Notes: generated from the letters alone by a model not told the origin. Positions 40,128 to 50,810 are shown, counted from the stretch's first letter. The stretch is DNA of 64,000 nt from an uncultured Acidimicrobiaceae bacterium (GCA_963807575.1 CAWECD010000013.1:21703-85702); one strand, 5' to 3'. Made by a program: numbers and translations.

Positions 40128-42644
40128 TTACTCCGAGTGCAACACGAGCGCCGTTGGCGTGCGGGCCGCGATGCGTCCTGGGAGAGCGGCCACGACATTG
40201 GCGAAGCACAACGCGCCGAGCGCGATGAGGACCATGGACAGAGCGGGAACCGTGGGATCGGGCACGGCCGAGATGCCCTCGGCGAACAACGTCCAGAGCC
40301 ATCGCCCGAGGGCGATGCCGATCGGCATGCCGATCGCGACCCCGACGGCGACAGACGCCGAGGACTGCCACAGCACCGAGGCCAGCAGCTGGCGGCCGGT
40401 GAGCCCGAGCGCCTTCAAGAGGGCGAGCTCCCGACGGCGGCGCCGGACTGACGAGACGAGGGTGAGCGCGAGGGCCCCAAGTGCCCCCCCGGCGAGGATC
40501 GAGGCGAGCACGGTCGGAGTCGACCCGACGGCGCCGTAGTTGGCTATCTCGGCCGGGCGAAGGACCGACACTACGCCGCCGACCGGACCGTCCTGGGAAC
40601 CGTTCAGGATCCGGTCGACGCGTTGGAGCGAGTGCCGCGCCGCCGACGAGCTCACCCCCGGCCGGATGGTGATCAGGAACGCGTCCGGACCGGGCACCGC
40701 GCTCCCCTGCGTGTTGAGCTCGTCGGCCGGGAACAGAGTCGAAGCCATGACTGCGCCGCTGCCCATGTGGAGATCCGGACTGCCCGAGCCCCCGATGGTG
40801 GGCATCGTGGCCGTCCCGACGATGTGCAGGTGCACCGGCCGTCGCGCTCCGGTGTCCGCGACGACGGTGTCGCCGACATGCTTGTGGAGCGCGGCCAAGG
40901 TCGCAGGCCCGAGGACCACTTGGTCCGCCGACTGCAGTGGGTGCCCAGTGAGTGGTGTCGGGACGACGGCTGCGTTCGGGCGCACCGCGAGGACGCCCAC
41001 CTGCTGCCCGTCGATCACCGCGTCCTCGAAATACACCCCGGCCCAGTGCTCCACGTCTGGGTCGTGGTCAAGCAGGGCGGCGGTCTGCGCGGCGGGCAGG
41101 TCCTCGGCCCCCGAGAAGCCGGACAACAGCACGTAATTCCAGTTCCACCCGTAGAGCGGGGGATGAGAGACCAGCGCGGTGAGGCTGGCCCCGAAGATGA
41201 TTGAGGCCGCGACCACGACGACGGCCAGCACCGAGCCAAGAATGGCCGAGCGCACCGGCGCCACGTCGCGCCCGGCGCCTGAGCCGAAGGCCCAGCGAAT
41301 GCCGGTCGCTGCCGAGGGACCCAAGCCGGACGCTGCGGCGACGCGCGATAGGGTCGGAGCCCGCTCGGTGCGTTGGCGTCTCGCCAGGGCGCCACGGTGC
41401 GGGGCGGCTTGGTACGCCGAGAGGACCGAAGCCGCGCCTAGGACCACGACCAGGACCGCGAACCCGAGGCCCAGGACAGTCCAGTCGAAGGCGACACCGA
41501 GGTCCGGGTAGAGGGGTCGCACGGCACCGAAGGGGGCCAGGGGGGAGAGACCAACGGCCACGACCACCGCAAGCACAGCCCCGAGCACGACCGCGCCGAG
41601 GACGCCGACCAGCCCGTCGGCCGTCGTCATGACAGGCCCGGCCCCGAGCGCACGGAGCACCTCACCGTCGTCCGCGTTGACGCGTATGAGGCGGCGCACG
41701 ATCTGGCCGCCGATCAAGAGGGCGGCGAGAGCCGCGATGAGCCCGAATGCCCCGAATGCGATCGACTCCGGCCGGATGGAGCGCTCCACCAGGCTCACGG
41801 TGGAGGCGTTGGTCTGGCCTCCGCCGATGCTCCCGATTGCCGGCACGAGCCGCTCGATTGCCCGGGCCACGGCGGCCTCGTGCCGGGTGCCGCCGTCGAG
41901 CTTCAGGGCGACATAGGAATAGCCGGCGCAGCATGTCGCCAGCCGCCGGGTCAGCGCTGGAGTGAACACGCCGAACTGCGACCCCAGGGCGGTGTCGTCA
42001 TCCTCGACTACCTGGGAGCTCGACTCAACGATGCCGACCAGCTTCAACTCGAGCGACACGTGGGGCCGATCGGGGAGCACACCTGTGGCTACGGCCGAGC
42101 TCACCTGCGCGTCGGAGTAGACGCCGATGGCGAATGTCGACCCGACATGGAGCCCGTACTCCGCGGCGCCACCCGCCGACATGACGAGCTCGTCCTGGAC
42201 GTCCGGGTCGAACATCCGACCCCGGACGACGGTGGCGCGATCGACGGTCGTGTACTCGCCGTTGAGGCTGCCTTCGAAGGCCGGTGGCGTCTCGCCGGCC
42301 ACGGCGTCTACGGCCACCTTGGTCATCTGGGTGAGGGTGGGATCGAACCCGATGACGTAGGTGGCGCGCTCGACGTAGGGCAGCCGAGCGATGGCACGGT
42401 CGACCCGAGCCGAGTACCCCGTTCCCGTCACGGAGACGTACTCGTCGAAGGCCACCACGTCCGAAGGGTTGGTGCTGGCCAGGTAGACGGGAAAGGCACC
42501 CTGGGTGCGCCGGGCGCCGGCCACCGCCCCCATGGCCACTCCGCCCAGGATGCCCACCACCAAGACGACGCCCAGGTACCCACCCCAGCGGCGAGCGAAC
42601 GTGGACCGGAAGCGCCACCAGGAGAGCAGCGCTACCCGTCGCAC
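40128..42644 (-). CDS. FtsX-like ABC transporter permease
   Basis: Two FtsX-type repeats (LRALGA; RRRELALLKALG); multiple TM helices; no adjacent ATPase. Confidence 0.85.
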   Translation of the reverse strand: MRRVALLSWWRFRSTFARRWGGYLGVVLVVGILGGVAMGAVAGARRTQGAFPVYLASTNPSDVVAFDEYVSVTGTGYSARVDRAIARLPYVERATYVIGFDPTLTQMTKVAVDAVAGETPPAFEGSLNGEYTTVDRATVVRGRMFDPDVQDELVMSAGGAAEYGLHVGSTFAIGVYSDAQVSSAVATGVLPDRPHVSLELKLVGIVESSSQVVEDDDTALGSQFGVFTPALTRRLATCCAGYSYVALKLDGGTRHEAAVARAIERLVPAIGSIGGGQTNASTVSLVERSIRPESIAFGAFGLIAALAALLIGGQIVRRLIRVNADDGEVLRALGAGPVMTTADGLVGVLGAVVLGAVLAVVVAVGLSPLAPFGAVRPLYPDLGVAFDWTVLGLGFAVLVVVLGAASVLSAYQAAPHRGALARRQRTERAPTLSRVAAASGLGPSAATGIRWAFGSGAGRDVAPVRSAILGSVLAVVVVAASIIFGASLTALVSHPPLYGWNWNYVLLSGFSGAEDLPAAQTAALLDHDPDVEHWAGVYFEDAVIDGQQVGVLAVRPNAAVVPTPLTGHPLQSADQVVLGPATLAALHKHVGDTVVADTGARRPVHLHIVGTATMPTIGGSGSPDLHMGSGAVMASTLFPADELNTQGSAVPGPDAFLITIRPGVSSSAARHSLQRVDRILNGSQDGPVGGVVSVLRPAEIANYGAVGSTPTVLASILAGGALGALALTLVSSVRRRRRELALLKALGLTGRQLLASVLWQSSASVAVGVAIGMPIGIALGRWLWTLFAEGISAVPDPTVPALSMVLIALGALCFANVVAALPGRIAARTPTALVLHSE

Positions 42645-42914
42645 CTCAGCGTCCCTTGGTCGCGTCCGCCGGCCTGGGCGGGCCCGGCACGCGGGTCGAC
42701 CAGGCGTCGATCGTGGGGTCGGTCCGACCGAGTGCGCAACCCATCGCTTCAGTTGTCCAACATCGGTCGGGCCGCGGCAAGGGCGTCAGCTGCGCCATCA
42801 CGGTAGTGGTAGCCCCCCCGAACGGAGGTGACAGGCCTCGACAGACAGGACGAGAACGCAATTGGGGCGGGGACTCTCTTGCCTGCCTCCTGGTTCCTTG
42901 TCTCGCCTGTGGCT

Positions 42915-43145
42915 TCTCACAAAGACACGCCGCACACCTTCACGACGTCCGCGTCCGAGGGGGCCCGTTTCTTGCTGGTAACGGAACCGGCTGGTTTCGA
43001 CGGCTCCATGCGCTCCGGTGCTGAGGCGGCGAATGCCCTTACCTTGTCGCCAGCTCCTAGCCAGCCTCCAGACCCAGAACGATTGGGTACCCCTACCGGG
43101 AAATACGGAATCGAGATCCTTGGGCTGCCCGGCCTTTCGTCTTGA
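42915..43145 (+). pseudogene. C-terminal fragment of a cupin protein
   Basis: DTPHTF...ARFLLVTEPAGF...YGIEILG; first cupin motif missing. Confidence 0.6.
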
Positions 43146-43348
43146 AGGTCGCAGATCTTGTTGCCCGGGGCAGTCCGGGTATCGCTCCACATGGGGCGAA
43201 CTGACGCGGCAGGACGACACCTTCCACCCGGGTGACGATCATCCCAGCCGGGCGCGCAATCGCCGGGTAATGGTCTATCCGGCCACGCCTTCTCCGGCTC
43301 AGAGATTCACCCTCCGGTAGGTTTCGATCAGGCGAAGAAAAGTGCTTG

Positions 43349-43641
43349 GCGGGTTCGAAAGCACCTGCATGCTCTCCGCGTTGTCATAATCACAACGTTT
43401 TGCCAGTTCAACGGGCAGTTCCGCGTCCGTTCGTACAACCAGTAAGTGATCCAGGTTCGAACCCGACACGGGAGCGATTCCTCACCCATCAGCGAGCTGC
43501 ACAGACGTTCAACCCGCGATCCCTCACTTTCGATGCCAAGGCTTGCGCTGTATGACACCAGAACCTGTCTGATCGGGCGCGCCGGCAGCATGTCGACCAC
43601 GATTTTCTACGGGTCCATTCTGGGCCGCCCTTGATCGGCAC
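43349..43641 (+). repeat. tRNA-Ser-like junction repeat, copy 1
   Basis: GCGGGTTCGAAA..CTCTCCGC followed by ~260 bp clearly homologous to copies 2-4; longest match is to copy 3. Confidence 0.85.
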
Positions 43642-43822
43642 AGCTCGCCGCCTAAGCCGTCTCTGGCACGGCCGGTCTCGTCCTGTCATCTGCCTTGATG
43701 ACATTGAGGCTCAGAGCATCGACAGCCCGATCGGTGGTGCACGATGAGCGTCGACGGCTACCCAGTTAGCTTCGACTTCAAGCGCTCGGAGACCATGAGC
43801 CGCCCTCATCGAGAAACCAATG

Positions 43823-44437
43823 TCATCCCGAGATCGTCACCTCTTGACGGACGAAGGACGGGTCCTTGGCCGCCTTCAAAAGCCAGCCCGCAATATCGGC
43901 GCGGCTCACCTTGTGGGTGAGCGACAGCTTCTTGTCGTCGGGAACGATCCGGGACGTACCACTGGCCGGCTTGTTCGTCAGGACAGTCGCGTAGACGATC
44001 GTCCACTCGAGGTCGCTCGAGCGCAGGAGTCTCTCGCTTGCGGTCTTGTCGGCAATCGCCTTGCTCATCGTCAGGTTGGACATGAGCTTCGTCACGGGAC
44101 CAAACCGGTTCCGCTCGACGGCGAAGGACGACATGACAACGACCCGACGCATCCCCGCATGGTGGGCCCCGTCGATGATGGCGCGGACGGCGTCAGACAT
44201 GATCGACGGACCCCTCCCGCCGAGCGTGCTGATCACGACGTCGGCACCGGCCATGGCCTTGGCGAGGTCCGTAGCGCTCGTGGCATCTCCGTGGATTAGG
44301 TCCACACCGTCGCGTGTGAGCCCGACATTCACGTTCGTGCCGCGGACCAGAGCAATCACGCGGTCGCCAGCGGCTACCGCCTGCTCAACGACGTGCACGC
44401 CTGTTCCGCCGTTTGCTCCAAGAATCAGGATATTCAT
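43823..44437 (-). CDS. NAD(P)H-binding atypical SDR (BVR-B-like)
   Basis: GANGGTG, GDAT, SDLEWTIV and VSRADIA motifs. Confidence 0.87.
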   Translation of the reverse strand: MNILILGANGGTGVHVVEQAVAAGDRVIALVRGTNVNVGLTRDGVDLIHGDATSATDLAKAMAGADVVISTLGGRGPSIMSDAVRAIIDGAHHAGMRRVVVMSSFAVERNRFGPVTKLMSNLTMSKAIADKTASERLLRSSDLEWTIVYATVLTNKPASGTSRIVPDDKKLSLTHKVSRADIAGWLLKAAKDPSFVRQEVTISG

Positions 44438-44499
44438 GCCGCGCGTCCCGCCTCTGCGTCGCCGTCAAATAGGTCGCACCCGAACTGGCCTCGGTTAGC

Positions 44500-44682
44500 G
44501 TCGACTCCCGCTTCGTGGTCGAGGGCTCCGACCTGCGGGCCTGGCTCGAGCGGCCCGGTTTCTTCGAGCCGGCCGACCGCCGCGCCGTGCCTGTGCAGTA
44601 ACGGCTGCGCCGCGGGCACGTACCCGTTGCAGTCCGGGTCAATGTCATCGATCTCTTGCATCAGAACGATGTATGCAGACAT
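44500..44682 (-). pseudogene. DUF1330-like remnant
   Basis: MSAYIVLMQEIDD...YVPAAQPLLHRHG start, then loses resemblance. Confidence 0.45.
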
Positions 44683-44749
44683 CTCGTCCCTTCTCTCGTG
44701 TCGCGTCGCCGAAGAACGGGCGCGCGGGCAAGCTGCGGTCATGGCGGGC

Positions 44750-45622
44750 CTAGTTGTCCAGTCCAGCGACTTGCATGCGGAGAGCATCGAGCTCTTCGTC
44801 GGTCTGTTCGTGGACGGCCTTCATGAGTTGTTCGGCGTCCGGTCCGATCGGTACGCGGATCGGCGCAGGCTGTTGCTGGGCAACCTGGATGACGCGTGCC
44901 GCTGCGGTGGGGGCGTCGAGTCCACTGCTTTGCATGCTGTTGAACGTCGCGCTGAACGCTGCGAAGGCGTCGCCGTAGAGCAGGCGCTGCTCGGCCGTCA
45001 TGGATTCGGCTGTCTTCTGCAGCGCGCGGGCGGTGGCCGCAGGGCCGCCCGTGGCCATGTTGCCTGGCTCCACGATCACGAAGTGGACGCCGAACGGCTC
45101 GAGCTCGGCCCGGTAGACGTCGGCGAACGCTTCGAGCGCCGCTTTCGATGCGCTGGAAGGGCCGTTGAACGGAAGGGGGAATTTGCCGGTCGCCGAGCCG
45201 ATCTGGACGATCCGTCCTCGGGCCCTGCGCAGAGCCGGGAGAAAGACGTTGATGACCGCCAGGCTGCCGAACACGTTGACCTCGAACTCGTGGCGTATCG
45301 CCTGTAGGGGCAACACCTCGAGTGGGCCCGGGGTGAGGATGCCGGCGTTGCTGAACAGCACGTCGAGTCCGTGGTCGCCGAGTTCACCGGTGGTCTGCTC
45401 CGCCCACGAGTGCACCGCTTTGTCGTCGGTTACGTCGACGATCGTCAGTCGCACGGATCCGTCCGACGCCTGCTGGAGGTCTTCGATTTCCTGGGCGGAC
45501 AACGCGGTGCCGAACACCCGGTAGCCCTGTTCGGCGAGGCTGAGGGCGATCTGTCTTCCCAACCCTGCTCCCGCCCCAGTGATCGCGGCGGCAGGGGTGT
45601 TGTTGCTTCTCACATCGGTCAT
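44750..45622 (-). CDS. short-chain dehydrogenase/reductase
   Basis: TGAGAGLG, SNAG, VNVFG and VEPG motifs; catalytic YxxxK appears as SSASK. Confidence 0.87.
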   Translation of the reverse strand: MTDVRSNNTPAAAITGAGAGLGRQIALSLAEQGYRVFGTALSAQEIEDLQQASDGSVRLTIVDVTDDKAVHSWAEQTTGELGDHGLDVLFSNAGILTPGPLEVLPLQAIRHEFEVNVFGSLAVINVFLPALRRARGRIVQIGSATGKFPLPFNGPSSASKAALEAFADVYRAELEPFGVHFVIVEPGNMATGGPAATARALQKTAESMTAEQRLLYGDAFAAFSATFNSMQSSGLDAPTAAARVIQVAQQQPAPIRVPIGPDAEQLMKAVHEQTDEELDALRMQVAGLDN

Positions 45623-45635
45623 CTTCGACTCCTCT

Positions 45636-46569
45636 CTATGGGATGATGACGAGCTTGCGGGTGGCGGTGCCGGCCTCGAGCCGCCTCCATGCCGACGCAG
45701 CGTCGTCGAGCGGCAACCGTTCGACGTCCAGGCGCAGCGCGCCACTCTGGGCGTACGCAGCGAGCTGTTCGAAGGCGGCGGCGCGTTCCGCTCCTGAAAA
45801 GGCCCAGTTGGCGTGAGGCAGGGTGCTGACCAGCTTGTTGCGAAAGATGGGCGCTGCGAGCGTCGCCGCTGCGCCTGCGGCGTTGCCGACCTGGACGACC
45901 CGGGCGCGCGGACGAGCTACGTCGATCGCATGGGCGATGACCGGCCCCCAGACCAAGTCGAGGATCAGATCGACACCGTCGCCCGCCACCGCCCGCAGCC
46001 GTTCGCTGAGGGTGTCCAGTTCGGCCGTCGACACGGCGGCATCCGCGCCATGCTCGAGGACCACTTGGCGGTTTTCGTCGGCTCGGACCGCACCCACGAC
46101 CTGCGACGCGCCCAGCAGCCCGCGCGAGCTGGGTTGCCAGCTGCCCGACCTGTCCCTCGGCGCCCAAGATGAGCACCCGCTCCCCGGCCATGAGCCGGCC
46201 GGTGTTGGTCAGCGAGAGCCAGGCGGCGATACCGGATACCCCGAGCGCTGCCGCGAACGCTGGGTCGAGGTCGGCTGGCACCGTGGCGGTGTCCGCCCCC
46301 GCCAGCGGCACGCGCTCGGCGAGGGAGCCATACGGGAGCCTCGGGCCTCCGAAGTAGGACAGCGTGCCGTCCGCGAGGCGAGCGATGCCTTCAACGCCGG
46401 CGATGAACGGAGGAGAGGGCTGCCGGGCGGGCATCTGTCCGGCCGCAACGATCAAGTCGAACGGGTTCAACGCGGCGGCGACGACATCTGCCACGTCATC
46501 GCCCGTCGGATCGGCGAACTCCTCGACGATAGGGACGCCACCAAGGGCATCAACGACTGCTGCACGCAT
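45636..46569 (-). pseudogene. quinone oxidoreductase (MDR family), frameshifted near 46120
   Basis: ALNPFD, GVEG, LILGAEGQVG; removing one G at 46119-46121 restores ARLLGASQVVGAVR. Confidence 0.8.
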
Positions 46570-46761
46570 GGTGCACTCCTTTCTGTTTGATTGAGCCCAG
46601 CGCCAGAAGCGCCCGCCGAACACGTGGATCGGCGGCAATGCATCTTGATGGCCTGCTGGGCGGGAACTGGAGGCGACTGTCGCCTCCGATCTTTCTGATC
46701 ACCAGAAACAGCTCGGCCTCGGCCGGGCGGATGGTCTACCCGGCCGGGGTCGGCCGTCGGT

Positions 46762-47256
46762 TTACGATTCGCCTCTGCCTTCGACCATGCCGTTGGGGTT
46801 CTGGGCAGGAACAGGCTTTCCGAAGACTGCGGGCCCGAATGACGGAGCGACGTTGGACTTCGGATCGCCGACTAGTTGCAGTACGTCCCAATGCTCAGCA
46901 GCCTTGCCTTCATCGTCCATCCGGAAGATGTCGACAACTGCCATCCCGTGGTCGTCGGGATCGTCGTCGATGAAGTTGTAGAACACGCCGTGTGTGTACA
47001 CGTAGTCACCGGCGGCGATGGTGCGGTGGTACACGAGGCGTGCGTTCTTACGCTCCGTCGTGACCTGCGTGAAGTAGTTCATGATCCCCTGGGGACCGTC
47101 CTCGAGCAGGGGATTGTGCTGGATGTAATCCGGACGCGTGTACTTCTCGATCGCTTCCTTCGGCCGCTTCTGGTTGATCATCATCTCGTTCCAAGCGATG
47201 ACGTTCTCCAGGTTGCGCACGGCTCGGCTGTCGCGCGGGTCGACGCTCTTGATCAT
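46762..47256 (-). CDS. SnoaL/NTF2-like protein
   Basis: YIQHNP, DIFR and EHWDV motifs. Confidence 0.87.
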   Translation of the reverse strand: MIKSVDPRDSRAVRNLENVIAWNEMMINQKRPKEAIEKYTRPDYIQHNPLLEDGPQGIMNYFTQVTTERKNARLVYHRTIAAGDYVYTHGVFYNFIDDDPDDHGMAVVDIFRMDDEGKAAEHWDVLQLVGDPKSNVAPSFGPAVFGKPVPAQNPNGMVEGRGES

Positions 47257-47276
47257 GACTGCCTCCTTCTTGTGTC

Positions 47277-47316
47277 TGACTGACGATATCCTCATATATG
47301 AGTCTATCGTCTGTCA
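47277..47316. promoter_or_regulatory. putative TetR operator
   Basis: 40-bp near-perfect palindrome TGACTGACGATATCCTCATATATGAGTCTATCGTCTGTCA between divergent genes. Confidence 0.7.
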
Positions 47317-47385
47317 AGAGGGATTCGTCATAAGCGACGAGAACAGCTAAGATGTAGCTACAGACCCGAGCGGGAGGCGCGACAG

Positions 47386-48123
47386 ATGGCCGAGCTGACA
47401 ACCACAAGCAACCGGCTCGAACGGCGCAAGGCGCAAACGCGGGCGGCCCTCATCAGCGCCGCCCAGAGCTTCCTCGCCGCCGGGAGTCTCGATGTCCCGA
47501 TCCTTGAGATAACCCAGGCCGCTGACGTCGGGTTGGGTTCCTTCTACAACCACTTCGAAAGCAAGGAGGAGCTGTTCGAAGCGGCGGTGGAAGACGCTCT
47601 TGAGCTGCTCGGCAGTCTCCTCGACGACCTGACCGCAGACATCGACGACCCCGCTGTCGTCTTCACCCAAAGCTTCCGCCTCTTCGGTCGCCTCCACCGT
47701 CGCAACCCCGAGATGAGCAAAGTCTTAATCAACAACGGTCTCGCCACGGCCGGCTCGGCCCGGAGCCTCGCCTTCCGGGCGCTCCGCGACATCAAGGCGG
47801 GTGTTCGTACCGGGCGATTCACCGTCAGCGACCCTGAGCTGACGCTCATCATCATTGTGGGCGCTTCCCTCTCCCTCGGACAGTTCCTCCACGATCACCC
47901 TGAACGCGACGACGCCCAGGCCACCGATGAGGTCGCCGAGGACCTCCTCCGACTGCTCGGCATCCCCACCCGGCAGGCCCAGCGGATCATGGCCCTGCCC
48001 CTCCCGGACCTCGACGCCTGGCGTGGTCGAGACGGCCAGGCAGGCCTTCCCGACTCGGCCTCGCCACGCTCCGCAGGTCTGCCAGCGGAAGCGAACTTGC
48101 CACGGTCAGCCAAGTCTGAGTGA
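47386..48123 (+). CDS. TetR/AcrR-family regulator
   Basis: ITQAADVGLGSFYNHFESKEEL HTH. Confidence 0.92.
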   Translation: MAELTTTSNRLERRKAQTRAALISAAQSFLAAGSLDVPILEITQAADVGLGSFYNHFESKEELFEAAVEDALELLGSLLDDLTADIDDPAVVFTQSFRLFGRLHRRNPEMSKVLINNGLATAGSARSLAFRALRDIKAGVRTGRFTVSDPELTLIIIVGASLSLGQFLHDHPERDDAQATDEVAEDLLRLLGIPTRQAQRIMALPLPDLDAWRGRDGQAGLPDSASPRSAGLPAEANLPRSAKSE

Positions 48124-48527
48124 TCGGCCGACGCTTCCGCATGGCTCGGTGCCAGTTCCTCGTGACCACCGCCCGGTGGCGGCACCATTGCCCGGCGTGT
48201 TGAGGATGGCAGGCGTCGAGGAAGCCGCCGGAGGAGCCGGCCGCAGCTGAAGCGATCAGCGAAGGCCGAGCGCCTCGACGGACGAGCGAGAATCGACTGC
48301 GCCTCGGGGGTCACGTGCCTTGGCTGATCCTCTCCGGTGCCGGGACCAACTGGCCGCGGACCCCTTGAATCACGCCGTTACACAGAACTTCTGACGGACC
48401 CGTCGCTGGGCTCCCTCGAAGTGGCTCCCTGCTGGCCGAGATGTGCGGCGTCGGGCTCATGCAGCGCTTTCGAATCCTGCCGACCTCGAACAGGGGTCAG
48501 TCGAGGAAAGTGGGCTCGAACCACGAT

Positions 48528-48810
48528 GCGCAGCTGGGCTCACCCAAGCAAATCGTTGATCAAATGTCTGATCTGGTCCCAGGCGTCCTGGTTCAAACGT
48601 TGTCCCACCCTCTCCGCGTTGTCGTAATCACAACGTTCTGCCAGTTCAGCGGGTCGACTCCGCGTCCCTTCGTACAACCAGTGAGTGATTCAGGTTCGAA
48701 CCCGATACGGGAGCGATTCCAGGCCCATCGGCGACGGCTGCACAAGCGCGCCCGACCCCAGCGTTCCACCGTTGTGTTCCGCGCCAAAAGCTCGCGCTGC
48801 GTGTCCCAGT
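48528..48810 (+). repeat. tRNA-Ser-like junction repeat, copy 2
   Basis: GGTTCAAACGTTGTCCCACCCTCTCCGC at 48590-48617 plus shared flanks. Confidence 0.88.
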
Positions 48811-48873
48811 GCCGTCTGATTGAGAATCCACCGAGACGGGGCTGTTCGCCATCTCTCACGAACGCCGAACGGA

Positions 48874-49476
48874 TCAGTCTGGACGCGCTTGACTGCTCCG
48901 AGGGTGGATGGTCTCACCCCGGGCCAGCGTGGCGACGAATAGTTCGATCCGCCGACGGCGGGTCTCCGTCCGCTTGGCAGTGGTCACTCGATAAAGGACT
49001 GCATATCGATTACTGGCGTCCAGCTTCTCGAACATGGCCAATGCAGGAGCGTTGGCAGCGAGTGCCGCGGCGAGGCCGGATGGCACCGTCATCGCTCGTT
49101 GGCCCTCGTAGGCACGGTCCCAGCTGCCATCCTCCTTGGCGCGCTCCACCGCGGCCATTCCTCCAGGCAACATGCGGCCTTCACTAACAAGCCGATCGGC
49201 GAGAGCGACATTGCGCTTGGACCAACTGCTGCCCGGCCGGCGCGGGGTGAACCTCCTGCGGAACGTCCGCTCGTCGCCCTTGGCGAGCTGGCCGTCGACC
49301 CAGCCGTAGCGGATCGCTTCCTCGAGGGCCTCGTCGTAGGTGAGGCGGGTTGGCTCGACCGTGCCCTTCTTGGCGAGGACGAGCCAGACGCCTTCGCTCT
49401 CGTATTCGTGCTCGGTCAGCCACTGGGACCAGGTCGCCGCGTCGGCGACAGTGAGAACCGGAACCTCCTTGGACAC
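48874..49476 (-). CDS. YdeI/OmpD-associated family protein
   Basis: EALEEAIRYGWVDG, FTPRRPGSSWSKRN and AKRTETRRRRI motifs. Confidence 0.88.
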   Translation of the reverse strand: MSKEVPVLTVADAATWSQWLTEHEYESEGVWLVLAKKGTVEPTRLTYDEALEEAIRYGWVDGQLAKGDERTFRRRFTPRRPGSSWSKRNVALADRLVSEGRMLPGGMAAVERAKEDGSWDRAYEGQRAMTVPSGLAAALAANAPALAMFEKLDASNRYAVLYRVTTAKRTETRRRRIELFVATLARGETIHPRSSQARPD

Positions 49477-49779
49477 GGTGCCCAGTCTCGCGCCGAGGTG
49501 GTGGCCGATCTTCGCCCCAGATCAGAGCGCGGCTCGTCGATCAGGGCGGGCAGCGCGCAAGACGCTGACATCTCGTCCTGAGCGCGTAACTGACACCCGG
49601 GGTGCGTTGGCCAAGGACATGCCTTCGGCGAGCGTGCCCATACTCGGCGATCACGAACGAGCGCGACCGCCGCTGACGCAGGGGCAACACAGATCGGACA
49701 GTCGGCACCTCTCATTCTTCACTCCTGCGGCTACGTCAAGCGAGCGTCGTGCGAAGATGAAGACGTGGGCACCATCCGA

Positions 49780-50004
49780 ATGAGGCTCGCAAACTTGCCG
49801 CTGGTGGGACGGTTCGCTGTCGTCGGTGCAGGTAGTGCGGGTGCGGCCGGAGCGGTCGCCGGACTGACCATCGGGTTGATCGTGTATGCACCGACCGCGC
49901 CGTTTGCCCTAGTGGAGCTTGCCTTGCCTTCGGCTGTCGTCGGTGGGCTCGCTGGACTTGCGGCCGGAGCCGGCGTCGCAGTCGTCCGCAAAATGCGTCG
50001 TTAG
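49780..50004 (+). CDS. small membrane protein
   Basis: Two hydrophobic segments flanking YAPTAPFA. Confidence 0.45.
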   Translation: MRLANLPLVGRFAVVGAGSAGAAGAVAGLTIGLIVYAPTAPFALVELALPSAVVGGLAGLAAGAGVAVVRKMRR

Positions 50005-50119
50005 CAATCTGTTCTGAGACGCACGGGGTAGCGCGACCCGGATTGACCGAAGTCTGAGCGTCATACTCGGCGTTTCGGGCGCCTCTTAGCCCCGTCATGT
50101 GCGGCGCTCTGTGTTCCCT

Positions 50120-50769
50120 CGCAGAGCTCGTGGTACTAGCTGTCGTCGTGGCGGTCGCTGCCGGAGCTTTCAGCCTTCTGGTCTCGTGGTATTACCAGCC
50201 CTACTTCGCGACGGCTAATCCGTCCCTTTCGCTCTCTGAGGCGTCCCAGTTCAGCGTCTCCCTGTCCGACCTACGTGGGGTCGCGTTCGCCGCTTGGACG
50301 CTGGCAGCCTTCGCGATCGGAGCGCTGGCCGGCATGCTCATCCGCCGGGTCGTTCCTGCGATCGTCGCCACCCTGGTTGCCTACACCGGCCTCGCGCTCT
50401 TGGCCGGGAATTATCTGCGCGAGCACTACTTGGCGCCGCTGCTCACGACCAATCTGAACGTGCCCAGTCTCGCGTTCGTCCTGAGCCAGCGGTGGACCAA
50501 GAGCGGCAGATTCGTGTTCTAGAGCTGGAGGGACGCTCCCCCCCAACCTCATCCAGGCATGCGTCAGCGCTCCGTCGGGGTTTGGCAACAAGCCGTCGCT
50601 GACCGGCCTCTACGAGTGCTTCGTCCGTAACGGCTATGCGCAATTGACCCGCTACCAGCCGGTCAGCCGGTTCTGGCGATTCCAGTGGATCGAGGGCGGC
50701 CGGCTCCTCGCGCTATCGGTGCTGCTCATTGCCGTGACCGTTTGGCTGGTCCGGCGGCGGGCGACCTGA
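50120..50769 (+). pseudogene. ABC transporter permease remnant
   Basis: GMLIRRVVPAI...YQPVSRFWRFQWIE...RRRAT*; 5' end missing and internal TAG at 50520-50522. Confidence 0.75.
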
Positions 50770-50810
50770 TCGTCCCAATCGCTCGCATCAGAACCCTGGT
50801 TGTTGGTACA

